DNA of 64,000 nucleotides from an uncultured Vitreoscilla sp. (GCA_964418745.1 CAYQMX010000015.1:3137-67136), one strand, 5' to 3'; shown: positions 1 to 10,126, counted from the first letter of the stretch. Notes: generated by a model not told the origin, from the sequence alone. Numbers and translations: made by a program.

Positions 1-1
1 C

Positions 2-2395
2 GACGGCGCCTCGGCGCTCTACGGTTCCGACGCCATCGCCGGCGTGGTGAACTTCATCACCAAGAAGAACCTGACAAACGGCGCCGTGTTCGCCAACGTC
101 AGTCGCCCGACGATGGCCGGTGGCGGCAAGTGGAGCGCCGGCATCAGCAAGGGCTTCGGCGACCTGGAGACCGACGGCAACAACCTGCTGCTGTCCTACA
201 GCCACGACGTGCAGAACAAGCTGATGGCCAGCCAGCGCGCCGCCTCCCGGCGCGGCGGCCTGATCAAGTTCACGCTCAACGGGCAGCCGGTGGTCTACGA
301 CCAGACTTCCAGCAATTCGCTGCCGGGCAACGTCTACCTCGACAGCGGCCTGTCGTTCAGCCCGTACTTCAACCTGAACAACAACTGCGGCACCGATCCC
401 GCCGTGTTCGTGTCCGGAACCAAGTGCCGCACCAACTACGCGGCGACGGTGCAGGACATCCCGAGTTCCAAGCGCGACAGCGTCTTCATCACCGACCATT
501 TCAAGGTCAACGCGAACACCACGCTGTTCGCCGAGGCGATGTGGTCGAAGTACGACATGACGGCCGCGTTCGCGCCGTCGGCGCAGCCGATGGGCCTGGG
601 CTCGAACGACCTGCCGGGCCGGCCGCTCGACATCCTGTGGAACAAGTACGTCGTACCCTACGAGACCGCCAACGACGACACCAGCGCCGGCGGCCAGATG
701 CGCTACCGCTCCATGGAAGCCGGCGGCCGCACGGACGAGTGGGAGACGGTGTCGCACCACTACGTGCTCGGCGCCGAAGGCACCGCGTTCGACTGGGACT
801 ACAACGCCAGCCTGACGTTCTCCTCGAACCAGGACAAGGACAAGCTGGCCGGCGGCTACCTCGACTTCACCAAGTTCGTGAACCTGATCTCGACCGGCGC
901 CTACGATCCCCTCGTGCCGATCGCGGGACAGACCCTCGATCCGGCCGTGCTGCACGGCACCTTCCTGCACACCAAGATCTCGCAGAACGTGCTCAGCCTG
1001 CACGGGTCGCGCGACCTGTTCGAGCTGCCCGGTGGCAAGTCGTCGCTGGGCCTGGGCTTCGACTACACGGACCAGCATCTCAAGCAGGACACGAGCGACC
1101 TGGCGCAGTTCGGCAACGGGACCGCCGGCCAGGCGGGCAAGACCGACTACGCCGTCGGCGGCTTCTACGGCTACGTTCCGATGGACGCCAGCCGCCGCAA
1201 CTACGGCGCGTTCGCCGAATTGCTGATGCCGGTGGCGCACAAGGCGGAGGTGACCGCCTCCCTGCGCTTCGACCGCTACGACCGCGTGCACAACGAGATG
1301 CCCTTCACGCAGGTCGCCAACAACCTGACGCCGCTGGGTGCGCAGGATCAAGGCAACAGCTTCAGCAAGCCGACGTTCAAGCTGAGCTTCCGCGCCCAGC
1401 CGGCGGACATGCTGCTGCTGCGCGGCTCCTTCGGCACGGGGTTCAAGGCGCCATCGGTCAACCAGATCGCCGCGCCGCTGGCCTTCAGCACCAACACCTC
1501 GGGCTCGTATGTCTGCCCGTTCCCGACCAGCCCCACCTGCATCGCCAACGGTACGGGCACGCAACAGTGGGACCTGATCTCGGCCGGCAACCCGGCCAAC
1601 GGGGCCGCCGGCCTGAAGGCCGAGACGTCGCAGCAATGGACGCTGGGCGGACGCCTGGAGCCGGCCAAGTCGATCTCGTTCGGCCTCGACTACTGGTCCG
1701 TGCGTCTCAAGAACCAGATCCTGTCGGGCATGCCCGAGAACTATGCGTTCGCCAACGCCGCCTCGCTGCCCGACCTGTTCGTGATCCCCTACCAGGATCC
1801 CGCCGGCTACCCGACGCTGGCCCTCATCCAGAAGCCGTTCAATGCCGGCAAGGCCAACTACCAGGGGCTGGACTGGGAGTTCAACTTCAGCACGCCGACG
1901 CCGATCGGCAAGTTCTCGGCCGACCTGGGCGGCACGCACATGCTCAAGGCGGACTACACGCTTCCTGGCGGCACGCAGAGCGACCTGGGCAAGTTCGGCG
2001 GTGACAACAACGTCGTGTTCCGCGACATCGTCCGCCTGGCACTGGGCCTGCAGACGGGCGACTTCACCAACACGTTCATCGTGAACTACAAGTCGGGCTA
2101 TGCCGACCAGGCGTTCACCGCCGACTCGGCCAACGTGTCGCAGCTCCTGCCCGACGGATCCGAAGGCGATGGCGTGGCCTACGCCGGCCGCGTGCCCTCG
2201 TACACGGTCGCCGATTGGCAGACGCGCTGGCAGGCGTCGAAGGCCCTCCGCGTGACGTTCGGCATCAGCAACCTGTTCAACACGAAGCCGCCGCTGTCGC
2301 TCAAGGTCGTGGGCGGCAACCAGGTCGGGTACGACGGCCGCTATGCCGACCCGACGGGTCGCGCCATTGCCGTGGGCGCGAGCTACAAGTTCTGA
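2..2395 (+). CDS. TonB-dependent outer-membrane receptor (5' end cut by window edge)
   Basis: The frame stays open back to nt 2 (DGASALYGSDAIAGVVNFITKKN, the conserved end-of-plug motif). The body is long and Gly/Tyr/Asn/Asp-rich like a beta-barrel. The C-terminus ...GASYKF ends in an aromatic residue as in OM barrels. A hairpin terminator follows. Confidence 0.88.
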   Translation, partial: DGASALYGSDAIAGVVNFITKKNLTNGAVFANVSRPTMAGGGKWSAGISKGFGDLETDGNNLLLSYSHDVQNKLMASQRAASRRGGLIKFTLNGQPVVYDQTSSNSLPGNVYLDSGLSFSPYFNLNNNCGTDPAVFVSGTKCRTNYAATVQDIPSSKRDSVFITDHFKVNANTTLFAEAMWSKYDMTAAFAPSAQPMGLGSNDLPGRPLDILWNKYVVPYETANDDTSAGGQMRYRSMEAGGRTDEWETVSHHYVLGAEGTAFDWDYNASLTFSSNQDKDKLAGGYLDFTKFVNLISTGAYDPLVPIAGQTLDPAVLHGTFLHTKISQNVLSLHGSRDLFELPGGKSSLGLGFDYTDQHLKQDTSDLAQFGNGTAGQAGKTDYAVGGFYGYVPMDASRRNYGAFAELLMPVAHKAEVTASLRFDRYDRVHNEMPFTQVANNLTPLGAQDQGNSFSKPTFKLSFRAQPADMLLLRGSFGTGFKAPSVNQIAAPLAFSTNTSGSYVCPFPTSPTCIANGTGTQQWDLISAGNPANGAAGLKAETSQQWTLGGRLEPAKSISFGLDYWSVRLKNQILSGMPENYAFANAASLPDLFVIPYQDPAGYPTLALIQKPFNAGKANYQGLDWEFNFSTPTPIGKFSADLGGTHMLKADYTLPGGTQSDLGKFGGDNNVVFRDIVRLALGLQTGDFTNTFIVNYKSGYADQAFTADSANVSQLLPDGSEGDGVAYAGRVPSYTVADWQTRWQASKALRVTFGISNLFNTKPPLSLKVVGGNQVGYDGRYADPTGRAIAVGASYKF

Positions 2396-2431
2396 CGTGG
2401 CAGCGCGTTGCGGCCGCGTGCCGCAACGACG

Positions 2432-2464
2432 ACGCCCCGGCGCGCGAGCGCCCGGGGCGTTTTT
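2432..2464 (+). terminator. Rho-independent terminator after the TonB-dependent receptor
   Basis: ACGCCCCGG (2432-2440) pairs with CCGGGGCGT (2452-2460), with extra inner GC pairs, and is followed by a run of T (2460-2464). Confidence 0.8.
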
Positions 2465-2501
2465 CGTTCAGGGCGACCCGCGCGCGCGGATCGCCGCCGC
2501 C

Positions 2502-4079
2502 TCAGGTGCCCAGCGCCTTGAGCAGCTTGGCGCCGTCGGGCGAACCCCAGCCGGTGCACGCGTCCCAGCCGACCTTGGCGCTGAAGCTGCCGTTGTTGCC
2601 GCTGGTGATGTCGTGCGTCACGCCCTTGCCGGCCAGCGAGCCGTACAGCAGGGGGTTGAGGAAGCCTACCGGGTGGCCCAGCTTCTGGTTCATCAACGCC
2701 ACCAGGCCGGCCCACAGCGGTGCCACGGCGCTGGTGCCGCCGATGACGAAGTTCTGACCGTCCACGCGCACCTCGTAGCCGGTGGCCGGGTCGGCATCGC
2801 CGGCCACGTCGGGCACGCCGCGGCCGGTCTTGCCGCCGGCACCCGCCGGCACGCCGGCCTTGGCCTGGTAGGCGGGCAGGGTGAACTGGTTGCTGACTCC
2901 GCCGCCGGTGGCGCTGGTGGTGGCGCCCTCGTTCCACACCGTCTCCGACGAGATCGCGGTGGCGCTGGCGGCCAGCAGCTTGGTGCCGCCGCAGGCCAGC
3001 ACGTTGGGGCTCGAGGCCGGGAAGTCCACGTGCGGCTTGCCGTCCTGAACGCCGTCGGACGAGCCGTTGTCGCCGGCCGCCGCGCAGATGGTCACGCCCA
3101 TCGCTGCCGCGGCCTGGAAGGCCTGGTCGTACTGGGTCATGGCCTGCGCCGTCCAGTTCTGCTCGGCCGAGCCCCAGCTGATCGAGATCACCGAGGGCTT
3201 GTTGACGGCGTCGTGCACGGCGGTGGTGATGGCGTCGAGGAAGCCGGCCGTGGTGTTGGGCGCGAAATACACCGCCAGCGTCGCCTTCGGCGCCACCGCG
3301 CCGGCCACCTCGATGTCCAGCAGCACCTCGCCATCGGCGCTGTTGGCGTTGGTCGGGTGGTTCTTCGCGTGATCGACCAGCACCGCCTTGACCTTCGGCT
3401 TGGCGATGCCCAGCGCGGCGAAGTAGGCGGCGAGGTCGGCCGGCTTGTAGCCGCCGCCCAGCTCGATGATGCCGATGCATTGCCCGCTGCCGTCGACGTC
3501 CTTGGGGAAGTCGTACAGCTTGGCCAGCGCCGGCGGCGTGAACGACCGGGCGGTGACGGAGCGCATGCCCAGCACCGGGTCGTAGCGCTGGAAGTGCGGG
3601 TCGGCGGCCGGGCGGTCGTCCAGGCCGAACACGCCCTCGACGACGCCCGCGAGGCCGCCCGGCACGCTGAGGCTGCCGGTGCGCCCGCGGTAGGTGCCGC
3701 CGGCGTGCTCGTACTGCTGCAGGCTGACGCCGAAGGCGTCGTTCATCGATTGCGTGGTGCCCGACAGCACGACGCTGCGGCGCGCCGCGTCGGACTCGAC
3801 CACCGTCAAGCCGTGGGCCTGCGCGAAGGCGGCGACCGCGGCAAGGTCGGGGGCGTCGGCCCCGTGGCTGGCAGCGAACTGCTCGCGCGTGAGGTACTTG
3901 CGCTGGCCGGGGTGGGTATCGTCGCCGGCGCCGCCGGCGGCCAGCGCGTGGGCGGCGGGCGTCTTCGCCCGCAGGCGCAGGGTGACCTCGATGCGCTCGT
4001 CGAGCCGGGCGGGGCCGACGGCGCGGGCGCCCTCCAGCGGCTGGCGTTCGCTGCCCGGGATGATGTGTCTGCTGGCCAT
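2502..4079 (-). CDS. S53 family serine-carboxyl peptidase (sedolisin/kumamolisin-like) with pro-domain
   Basis: GGTSAVAPLWAG catalytic-Ser motif. The N-terminal ~170 aa resemble the pro-kumamolisin activation domain. The 525-aa ORF has coding-like composition. No obvious N-terminal signal peptide. Confidence 0.85.
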   Translation of the reverse strand: MASRHIIPGSERQPLEGARAVGPARLDERIEVTLRLRAKTPAAHALAAGGAGDDTHPGQRKYLTREQFAASHGADAPDLAAVAAFAQAHGLTVVESDAARRSVVLSGTTQSMNDAFGVSLQQYEHAGGTYRGRTGSLSVPGGLAGVVEGVFGLDDRPAADPHFQRYDPVLGMRSVTARSFTPPALAKLYDFPKDVDGSGQCIGIIELGGGYKPADLAAYFAALGIAKPKVKAVLVDHAKNHPTNANSADGEVLLDIEVAGAVAPKATLAVYFAPNTTAGFLDAITTAVHDAVNKPSVISISWGSAEQNWTAQAMTQYDQAFQAAAAMGVTICAAAGDNGSSDGVQDGKPHVDFPASSPNVLACGGTKLLAASATAISSETVWNEGATTSATGGGVSNQFTLPAYQAKAGVPAGAGGKTGRGVPDVAGDADPATGYEVRVDGQNFVIGGTSAVAPLWAGLVALMNQKLGHPVGFLNPLLYGSLAGKGVTHDITSGNNGSFSAKVGWDACTGWGSPDGAKLLKALGT

Positions 4080-4341
4080 GGTGCTTCCTTTGCGACGGGG
4101 CCCGCCTTGCTGGCGTCCGCCGATCGTCTGCCTGTCGCCGGACGGCGTCCACCCCTAGCCGGGTAAAAATGGGTTTCCGGATGCGGGGGGTCCACGGCTT
4201 GCCCCGCTGGGCGTTGCACGCTGCAATATTCGACCGCTGCCCTCTTGATGCGCCCGCCGGCCGGCCCCATGTAGCCCGCGAGGTAGCGCCGACTCCGAGA
4301 GAGCATGATGTCGGCGACTCTCCGTCTGAAAGGACACGAAG

Positions 4342-5241
4342 ATGAAACGCAAGATGCTGCTGGCGGCCGCCTGTGCCGCCGCCCTGTGGTCCGCTGCCGC
4401 GATGGCGCTGCCGTCGGCCAACGACGTGCAGGCCGCCGTCAAGGCGGGCGACTATCCCAAGGCCGAGACCATGATGCAGGAGGTCGTGGCCGCGAAGCCG
4501 CAGAGCGCGAAGGCGCACTACCTGTATGCCGAGATCCTGGCGCACGACGCCAAGTTCGGCGCCGCCGCCGCGCAGGCGCGACAGGCGCGCCAGCTCGACC
4601 CGGCGCTGACGTTCACGACCGATCCCGAGAAGTTCCGCAGCTTCGAGCGCCTGCTCGAGCGTGAGCAGGCCGGCCCGGTCGCCACCACGCCGGCGGCGCC
4701 CGCGCGCATGAACGCGGCGCCGGCCGCGCCGATCGCCCCGGTGGCTGCCGCTTCCGGCGGCATCCCCACCTGGGTCTGGGTGGGCGGCCTGGCCGTCGTC
4801 TTGTTCCTGGTCTTCCGCGCGGTGTCGCGCCGCGCCATCGCCAACAACATGGCCAGCGGCGGCGGCTACGCGCCGCAGGGCGGCTACGGCATGAACCCGG
4901 GCATGCCGCAGCCCGGTTACGGCCCCGGCTATGGCCCGGGCTACGGCGCCGCGCCCGGCGGTGGCCTGCTGCGCACCGGCCTGGCGGCCGCGGGTGGCGT
5001 CGCCGGCGGCATGTTGCTGGAAAAGATGCTGGAAGGCGACCGCCACAACGACGGCTACGGCGGCGGCAACAACTACGGCGGCCAGGGCGGCGTGCTCGAC
5101 AACGGCGCCAACCAGGCCGCCAGCGACCTGGAGAACCGGCCGATCGACTTCGGCTCCGGCGGCAACGACTGGGGCAGTGACGGCGGCGGGTCGGACAACT
5201 TCACGCCGTCCGGCGGCGGAGACGACGGCGGCGGCTGGTAG
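4342..5241 (+). CDS. Signal-peptide/TPR-like protein with one TM helix and a Gly/Tyr/Pro/Asn-rich tail
   Basis: Signal peptide MKRKMLLAAACAAALWSAAAMA, a helical TPR-like segment, and a TM helix IPTWVWVGGLAVVLFLVF. The tail is low-complexity (GGGYAPQGGYGMNPGMPQPGYGPGYGPGYG...GGGDDGGGW). AAAGGA lies upstream of the ATG. Confidence 0.7.
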   Translation: MKRKMLLAAACAAALWSAAAMALPSANDVQAAVKAGDYPKAETMMQEVVAAKPQSAKAHYLYAEILAHDAKFGAAAAQARQARQLDPALTFTTDPEKFRSFERLLEREQAGPVATTPAAPARMNAAPAAPIAPVAAASGGIPTWVWVGGLAVVLFLVFRAVSRRAIANNMASGGGYAPQGGYGMNPGMPQPGYGPGYGPGYGAAPGGGLLRTGLAAAGGVAGGMLLEKMLEGDRHNDGYGGGNNYGGQGGVLDNGANQAASDLENRPIDFGSGGNDWGSDGGGSDNFTPSGGGDDGGGW

Positions 5242-5280
5242 GCGACGCCACGGGGCCGCGGCCCCGTGGTCGGTGCGGGC

Positions 5281-5853
5281 TCACCAGCCTTCGCTGCCCG
5301 GCGCGCCCTTGAACGGGCCGGTCAGCTCGGGCGTGATCCAGCCGCCGTAGAAGCCGCCCGGCTGCGGCGTGACGGCGGCGCCGCCGACGCGGCAGTCCAG
5401 CGCGTGGCAGTAGAAGGCCACGTGCCCGCGCAGCAGTTCCGAGCCCGGCAGCGGCTGCGGGTAGCTCCAGGCCACCTTGGCGAGGCGGCGCGCGCCGTCG
5501 ACCAGCGACCAGTAGCGCGCCGGCCCCTTCCATTCGCACAGCGAGCGGCCCTCCGCGGCCTCCAGCACGCCGGGCGCGATGTCCTCCAGCGGAATGTAGA
5601 AGCTGGGCGGATGCGCGGTCTCCAGCGCACGGATCGCGCGCGTGCTGCGCGCCACCTCCACGTCGCCCCAGCGGATGACCACCTCGCGCGGGTCGCGCTC
5701 CAGGCGCGGCGGGCGCGGGTAGTCCCACACGGACTGCTGGCCGGGGGCCGGCGCGACGGCGAATGCGGGTCGCGCCTGGCCGCGCCAGTGCCAGTGGCTG
5801 CGGGCATCCGACAGCGCGTCGGGGCGATCTTGCGAGGGCGGCGTGGAACTCAT
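5281..5853 (-). CDS. DUF427 domain protein
   Basis: WDYPRPP, CEWKGPARYW and HVAFY motifs are typical of DUF427 proteins. 190-aa ORF. Confidence 0.7.
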   Translation of the reverse strand: MSSTPPSQDRPDALSDARSHWHWRGQARPAFAVAPAPGQQSVWDYPRPPRLERDPREVVIRWGDVEVARSTRAIRALETAHPPSFYIPLEDIAPGVLEAAEGRSLCEWKGPARYWSLVDGARRLAKVAWSYPQPLPGSELLRGHVAFYCHALDCRVGGAAVTPQPGGFYGGWITPELTGPFKGAPGSEGW

Positions 5854-5936
5854 GCCCGGAGCTTACGATGGCCACGTGCAGCGCGTGTTGCCGGCGTCGG
5901 TCGCGACCCCGGCGGCACCAAGGCCCGGCGCTTGCC

Positions 5937-6521
5937 ATGTCCCGGACCGCCCACACTGGAGCCCCGATGCCGACGCCACGACCGCTTTCCCTCTCCCTGG
6001 CGCTGGTCGTCGCGCTCGCCGGTTGCGCCAGCGTGCCCGACGGGTTGCAGCCGGTGGCCGTGGTGCCGCACGTCGACCTGCCGCGCTTCATGGGCGACTG
6101 GTACGTGATCGCCAACATTCCCACGTTCCTGGAGAAGGGCGCGCACAACCCCAAGGACAGCTACCGGCTGGACGCCGACGGCACGATCGCGACCACCTTC
6201 AGCTTCAACGCCGATGCCGCCGACGGCCCCGCGAAGCACTACGAGTCGCGCGGCTTCGTGCTGGATCCGGCCAGCAACGCGGTCTGGGGCCAGCAGTACG
6301 TGTGGCCGATCAAGGCCGACTACCGCATCGCCTGGCTGTCGCCCGACTACACCGAGACGGTGATCGCGCGGGACAAGCGCGACTACGTCTGGATCATGGC
6401 GCGCACCCCGACGATCCCCGACGCCGACCTGGCGCGGCTGACCGCGTTCGTCGCGTCCCAGGGCTACGACACGAGCAAGCTGCAGCGGGCGGCGCAGGAC
6501 GGCGCACGCGCGGCGCCCTGA
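5937..6521 (+). CDS. blc: Outer-membrane lipoprotein Blc (bacterial lipocalin)
   Basis: Lipoprotein signal with lipobox LAGC, then DLPRFMGDWYVIANIPTFLEKG and the YRIAWLSPDYTETVIA lipocalin signatures. ATG at 5937 chosen inside the longer track ORF (alternative ATG at 5967). Confidence 0.85.
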   Translation: MSRTAHTGAPMPTPRPLSLSLALVVALAGCASVPDGLQPVAVVPHVDLPRFMGDWYVIANIPTFLEKGAHNPKDSYRLDADGTIATTFSFNADAADGPAKHYESRGFVLDPASNAVWGQQYVWPIKADYRIAWLSPDYTETVIARDKRDYVWIMARTPTIPDADLARLTAFVASQGYDTSKLQRAAQDGARAAP

Positions 6522-6669
6522 CGCGACCGCGGACCGGCGGTGCCACAAAAGGCACAAAATAGCTGAACAGTCGTACCCGGCGCTGCCGATATGGAGGGAC
6601 GCCCCACCTGTCTGCTGGCGACTGACCGCCCGGCCGCCGCCCGCCACCGCCACCAACCTGTCCAGGGAC

Positions 6670-9051
6670 ATGACGCCAGCGCATTCGCCCGTCACCTTCG
6701 TCGCCGACCTCCTGCGCCGCCTGCGCGAACGCTGCATTGGTTCGGAGACGCTGGCGGTCTACAGCGCCGACGACCGCGATTCGGCGGAAATCCGCGCCGC
6801 GCACCTGAACTCGGTGATCCGGCTGACGCCCTACACGATGGCTGCCAACATCGGCAACGGCGCCCTGGTGATCTGGGCCTGGCGCGACGACGCGCCGATC
6901 GGCATGTTCTTCTGGCTGGCGCTGCTGTACATGCTGTGTGCCAGTGCGCTGCTGGGCTGGTGGCGCGGGCGCGACCGGGTGCGCACGATGGCCACGCCGG
7001 CGGCCATCCGCCACGCCAACGTGCAGGCCAACCTGCTGGCCCTGGTGTGGGCGGCGCTGCCGATCTGCTGGTTCGCGCACGCCTCGTCCCAGCAGCAGTT
7101 GCTGGTGACGGCGCTGCTCACCGGCACGCTGGCCGCTGGCGCGTTCGTGCTGAGCCCGCTGCCGGTGGCGGCCGTCGTCTTCGTCGTGATCTTCGCGGCC
7201 TCGGGCATCGTCGCGTGCTGGCAGACGGGCGACCACGTCTTCGTCGCCGTGGGCGTGCTGCAGACGATCTACGCGCTGATCGTGATCCTGGGCACGCTGG
7301 CGGCCTCGCGCAAGGCGACGGCGCTGCTGCGCTCGCAGGCCGAGGCGCGGCGCCAGGAACGCGTGATGACCGTCCTGCTGCACGATTTCGAGCAGAGCGC
7401 GGCCGAGGCGCTGTGGGAGACCGGCCTCGACGGCTGCGTGGCGCACCACTCGCCGCGCCTGGCGATGCTGCTGGGCCTGGACGAGAAGCTGCTGCGCGAG
7501 CGGCCCTTCCTGGACCTGCTGGAGCACATCGGCGCCGACGTCGGCCCGCTGCGCGCCGCGATGGACAGCGAGCGGCCGTTCAAGGAGCTGCGCCTGTCGG
7601 CCCTCGCGGCGCACGGCCCGCGCCACTGGTCGATCAACGGCAAGCGCCTGGTCGACGAGGACGGCCGCACGACGGGCTGGCGCGGCGTGATCGCCGACGT
7701 CACCGAGCAGGTGATGGCGCAGGAGCGCCTCCAGCACCTCGCGCACACCGATTCGCTGACCGGCCTGGCCAACCGCTTCACGCTGCACGGCGCGCTGCGC
7801 GCGGCGATCGCGCAGCGGCGCCTGGTCGCGCTGCTGGCGCTGGACCTGGACCACTTCAAGCTGGTCAACGACACGCTGGGCCACGCGGCCGGCGACCGCC
7901 TGCTGCAGACGGTGGCGGCACGCCTGCTCGCCTGCCGGCGGCCGGCCGACCTCGTCGCCCGGCTGGGCGGCGACGAATTCGCGCTGCTGGTGCTCGACGA
8001 CAGCGACGGCAGCCTCGACGTCGACGTCCTTGCGCAACGGCTGATCGAGGTGCTCGAGGAACCGGTGGAGATCAGCGGCCGCTCGCTGCGCGCCTCGGCC
8101 AGCATCGGCGTGGCGCGTTGCGGCGACGGCGGCGTCAACGCCGACGACCTGCTGGTGCACGCCGACATCGCGCTGTACGCCGCCAAGAAGGCCGGCCGCG
8201 GGCGCTTCGAGAACTACTCGGCCGCACTCGGCGACCGCAACCGCCGCAACGTGGCCATCGAGCACGAACTGCGTCATGCGATCGGGCGCGGCGAACTCGC
8301 CCTGCACTGGCAGCCCAAGGTGGACATCGAGTCCTCGCGCATCGTCGGCGCCGAGGTGCTGCTGCGCTGGCGCCATCCGCAGATGGGCGCCGTCGCGCCG
8401 ATCGAGTTCATCCCGATCGCCGAGCGCTCGGGCATGATCCGCGAGATCGGCATGTGGGTGCTGCGCGAGGCCTGCCGCGTGGCGGCCGCGTCGCTGCCCG
8501 GGTTGACGATCTCGGTCAACGTGTCGCCGGCGCAGCTGCACGACGACGAGTTCACCGCCTGCGTGCGCGACGCGCTGCGCGCGAGCGGGCTGGAGCCGTT
8601 CCGCCTCGAGCTGGAGATCACCGAGTCGGTGTTCATCGACGACGTCGACGGCGCGCTGCAGCGCCTGCACTCGCTGCGCGCGCTGGGCGTGCGCGTCGCG
8701 CTGGACGACTTCGGCACCGGCTACTCGTCGCTCGCCTACCTGCGCCGCTTCCCGTTCGACACGCTCAAGATCGACCGCGCATTCGTCAACGAGCTGATGG
8801 CCAGCATCGACACCCGCGCCATCGTGCAGATGATCACCCAGCTGGCGCAGACGCTGGACATGCGCACCGTCGCCGAAGGCGTCGAGTCGGCCGCGCAGCT
8901 CGACGCCGTCTCGTCGGTGGGCTGCGACGAGATCCAGGGCTGGCTCGTGTCGCCCGCCTGCCCGGTCGACGAGTTCCTGGCGTTCTGGAAGCGCTGGTCG
9001 CAGCGGCCGTTGGCGCTGGTCGAGCAGGTGCGCGCGCTCGGGGCCTCCTGA
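6670..9051 (+). CDS. Membrane-bound GGDEF/EAL c-di-GMP turnover protein
   Basis: N-terminal multi-TM region, a PAS-like linker, a GGDEF domain (RLGGDEFALL) and an EAL-type domain (AEVLLRW, DDFGTGYSSLAYL). Confidence 0.9.
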   Translation: MTPAHSPVTFVADLLRRLRERCIGSETLAVYSADDRDSAEIRAAHLNSVIRLTPYTMAANIGNGALVIWAWRDDAPIGMFFWLALLYMLCASALLGWWRGRDRVRTMATPAAIRHANVQANLLALVWAALPICWFAHASSQQQLLVTALLTGTLAAGAFVLSPLPVAAVVFVVIFAASGIVACWQTGDHVFVAVGVLQTIYALIVILGTLAASRKATALLRSQAEARRQERVMTVLLHDFEQSAAEALWETGLDGCVAHHSPRLAMLLGLDEKLLRERPFLDLLEHIGADVGPLRAAMDSERPFKELRLSALAAHGPRHWSINGKRLVDEDGRTTGWRGVIADVTEQVMAQERLQHLAHTDSLTGLANRFTLHGALRAAIAQRRLVALLALDLDHFKLVNDTLGHAAGDRLLQTVAARLLACRRPADLVARLGGDEFALLVLDDSDGSLDVDVLAQRLIEVLEEPVEISGRSLRASASIGVARCGDGGVNADDLLVHADIALYAAKKAGRGRFENYSAALGDRNRRNVAIEHELRHAIGRGELALHWQPKVDIESSRIVGAEVLLRWRHPQMGAVAPIEFIPIAERSGMIREIGMWVLREACRVAAASLPGLTISVNVSPAQLHDDEFTACVRDALRASGLEPFRLELEITESVFIDDVDGALQRLHSLRALGVRVALDDFGTGYSSLAYLRRFPFDTLKIDRAFVNELMASIDTRAIVQMITQLAQTLDMRTVAEGVESAAQLDAVSSVGCDEIQGWLVSPACPVDEFLAFWKRWSQRPLALVEQVRALGAS

Positions 9052-9105
9052 TCCGCCCGCCTCGGCACCGAATACACTTCCGGTCGTCGATTTCAACCAG
9101 GGTTC

Positions 9106-9753
9106 GTGGCGGTGGGCAGTTTCTCGATGGTGGGTCTGGGTGTGGCGGTGGCGGCGTACCTGCTGGGGTCGCTGAGCTTCGCCGTGATCGTGTCGCGCGC
9201 CATGCACCTGGACGACCCGCGCTCGTACGGCTCTGGCAACCCGGGCGCCACCAACGTGCTGCGCAGCGGCAACAAGCTCGCCGCGATCCTCACGCTGCTG
9301 CTCGATGCGCTCAAGGGCGTGGTCGCCGTGCTCGTCGCCCGCGCGCTGGCCGGCCCGCTGGGCTACGGCGCCAGCACCGTCGCGCTGGCCGGGCTGGCCG
9401 CGTTCCTGGGCCATCTCTACCCGGTGTTCTTCCGCTTCGAGGGCGGCAAGGGCGTGGCCACCGCGGCCGGCGTGCTGCTGGCGCTGGACGGCCGGGTGGG
9501 CCTGGCCGCACTGGGCACCTGGCTGGCGATCGCCGTCGCCACGCGCTACTCGTCGCTGGCTGCGCTGGTCACCGCGGTGCTGGCGCCGATCTATGCGTAT
9601 TGGCTGATCGGCGACCCCGCCGTCGTCGTGCTGGTGGCCGTCATGAGCGTGCTGCTGATCTGGCGCCACCGCGCCAACATCGCCAAGCTGTTGAACGGCA
9701 CCGAATCCAAGCTGGGCAGCAAGGCCGCGAAGCCGGCCGCGCCCGATCAATGA
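9106..9753 (+). CDS. plsY: Glycerol-3-phosphate acyltransferase PlsY
   Basis: [14 protein letters not shown] and [14 protein letters not shown] motifs with about five TM helices. GTG at 9106 starts the track ORF, but ATG at 9127 is an equally plausible start. Confidence 0.92.
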   Translation: MAVGSFSMVGLGVAVAAYLLGSLSFAVIVSRAMHLDDPRSYGSGNPGATNVLRSGNKLAAILTLLLDALKGVVAVLVARALAGPLGYGASTVALAGLAAFLGHLYPVFFRFEGGKGVATAAGVLLALDGRVGLAALGTWLAIAVATRYSSLAALVTAVLAPIYAYWLIGDPAVVVLVAVMSVLLIWRHRANIAKLLNGTESKLGSKAAKPAAPDQ

Positions 9754-9775
9754 TCCCCACTTCCTGGAAATTCCC

Positions 9776-10126
9776 ATGAGCGAACTTCGACGATTCGATA
9801 CCGGTCCCCGCATGTCGGAGATGACCGTGCACAACGGCGTGGCCTACCTGGCCGGCCAGGTGGCCGCCGACGCCACCAAGGACGCGCAAGGCCAGACGGC
9901 CGACGTGCTGGCCCAGATCGACGCGCTGCTGGCGCGCGCCGGCACCGACAAGTCGCGCATCGTGATGGCGCAGATCTTCCTGGCCGACGTCGCCGACTTC
10001 CCGGCGATGAACGCGGCCTGGGACGCCTGGGTGGCCACCGGCCACACGCCGCCGCGCGCCACGGTCGAAGCCCGGCTGGCCAAGCCGGAGTGGAAGGTCG
10101 AGATCGTCGTGAAGGCGGCGGTCTAG
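9776..10126 (+). CDS. RidA/YjgF family protein
   Basis: 116 aa. YLAGQVA...IFLADVADF..MNAAWDAW......PPRATVEARL matches the RidA-fold pattern. Confidence 0.8.
   Translation: MSELRRFDTGPRMSEMTVHNGVAYLAGQVAADATKDAQGQTADVLAQIDALLARAGTDKSRIVMAQIFLADVADFPAMNAAWDAWVATGHTPPRATVEARLAKPEWKVEIVVKAAV

Noticed and set aside
2383-5046. 887-aa minus-strand ORF spanning the S53 peptidase and the TPR-like gene
   Set aside because: It is extremely Arg/Gly/Ala/Pro-rich with no motifs and runs out of frame or antisense to two genes with clear family signatures. This is a typical shadow ORF of GC-rich DNA.
6540-6555. GTGCCACAAAAGGCAC hairpin after blc as a terminator
   Set aside because: The stem is only 5 bp and is followed by A-rich rather than T-rich sequence on the transcribed strand.
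6394-9834. 1146-aa minus-strand ORF antisense to the GGDEF-EAL gene and plsY
   Set aside because: The composition is low-complexity Arg/Ala/Gly/His/Gln and no domain is recognisable. The opposite strand encodes proteins with unambiguous GGDEF, EAL and PlsY motifs.
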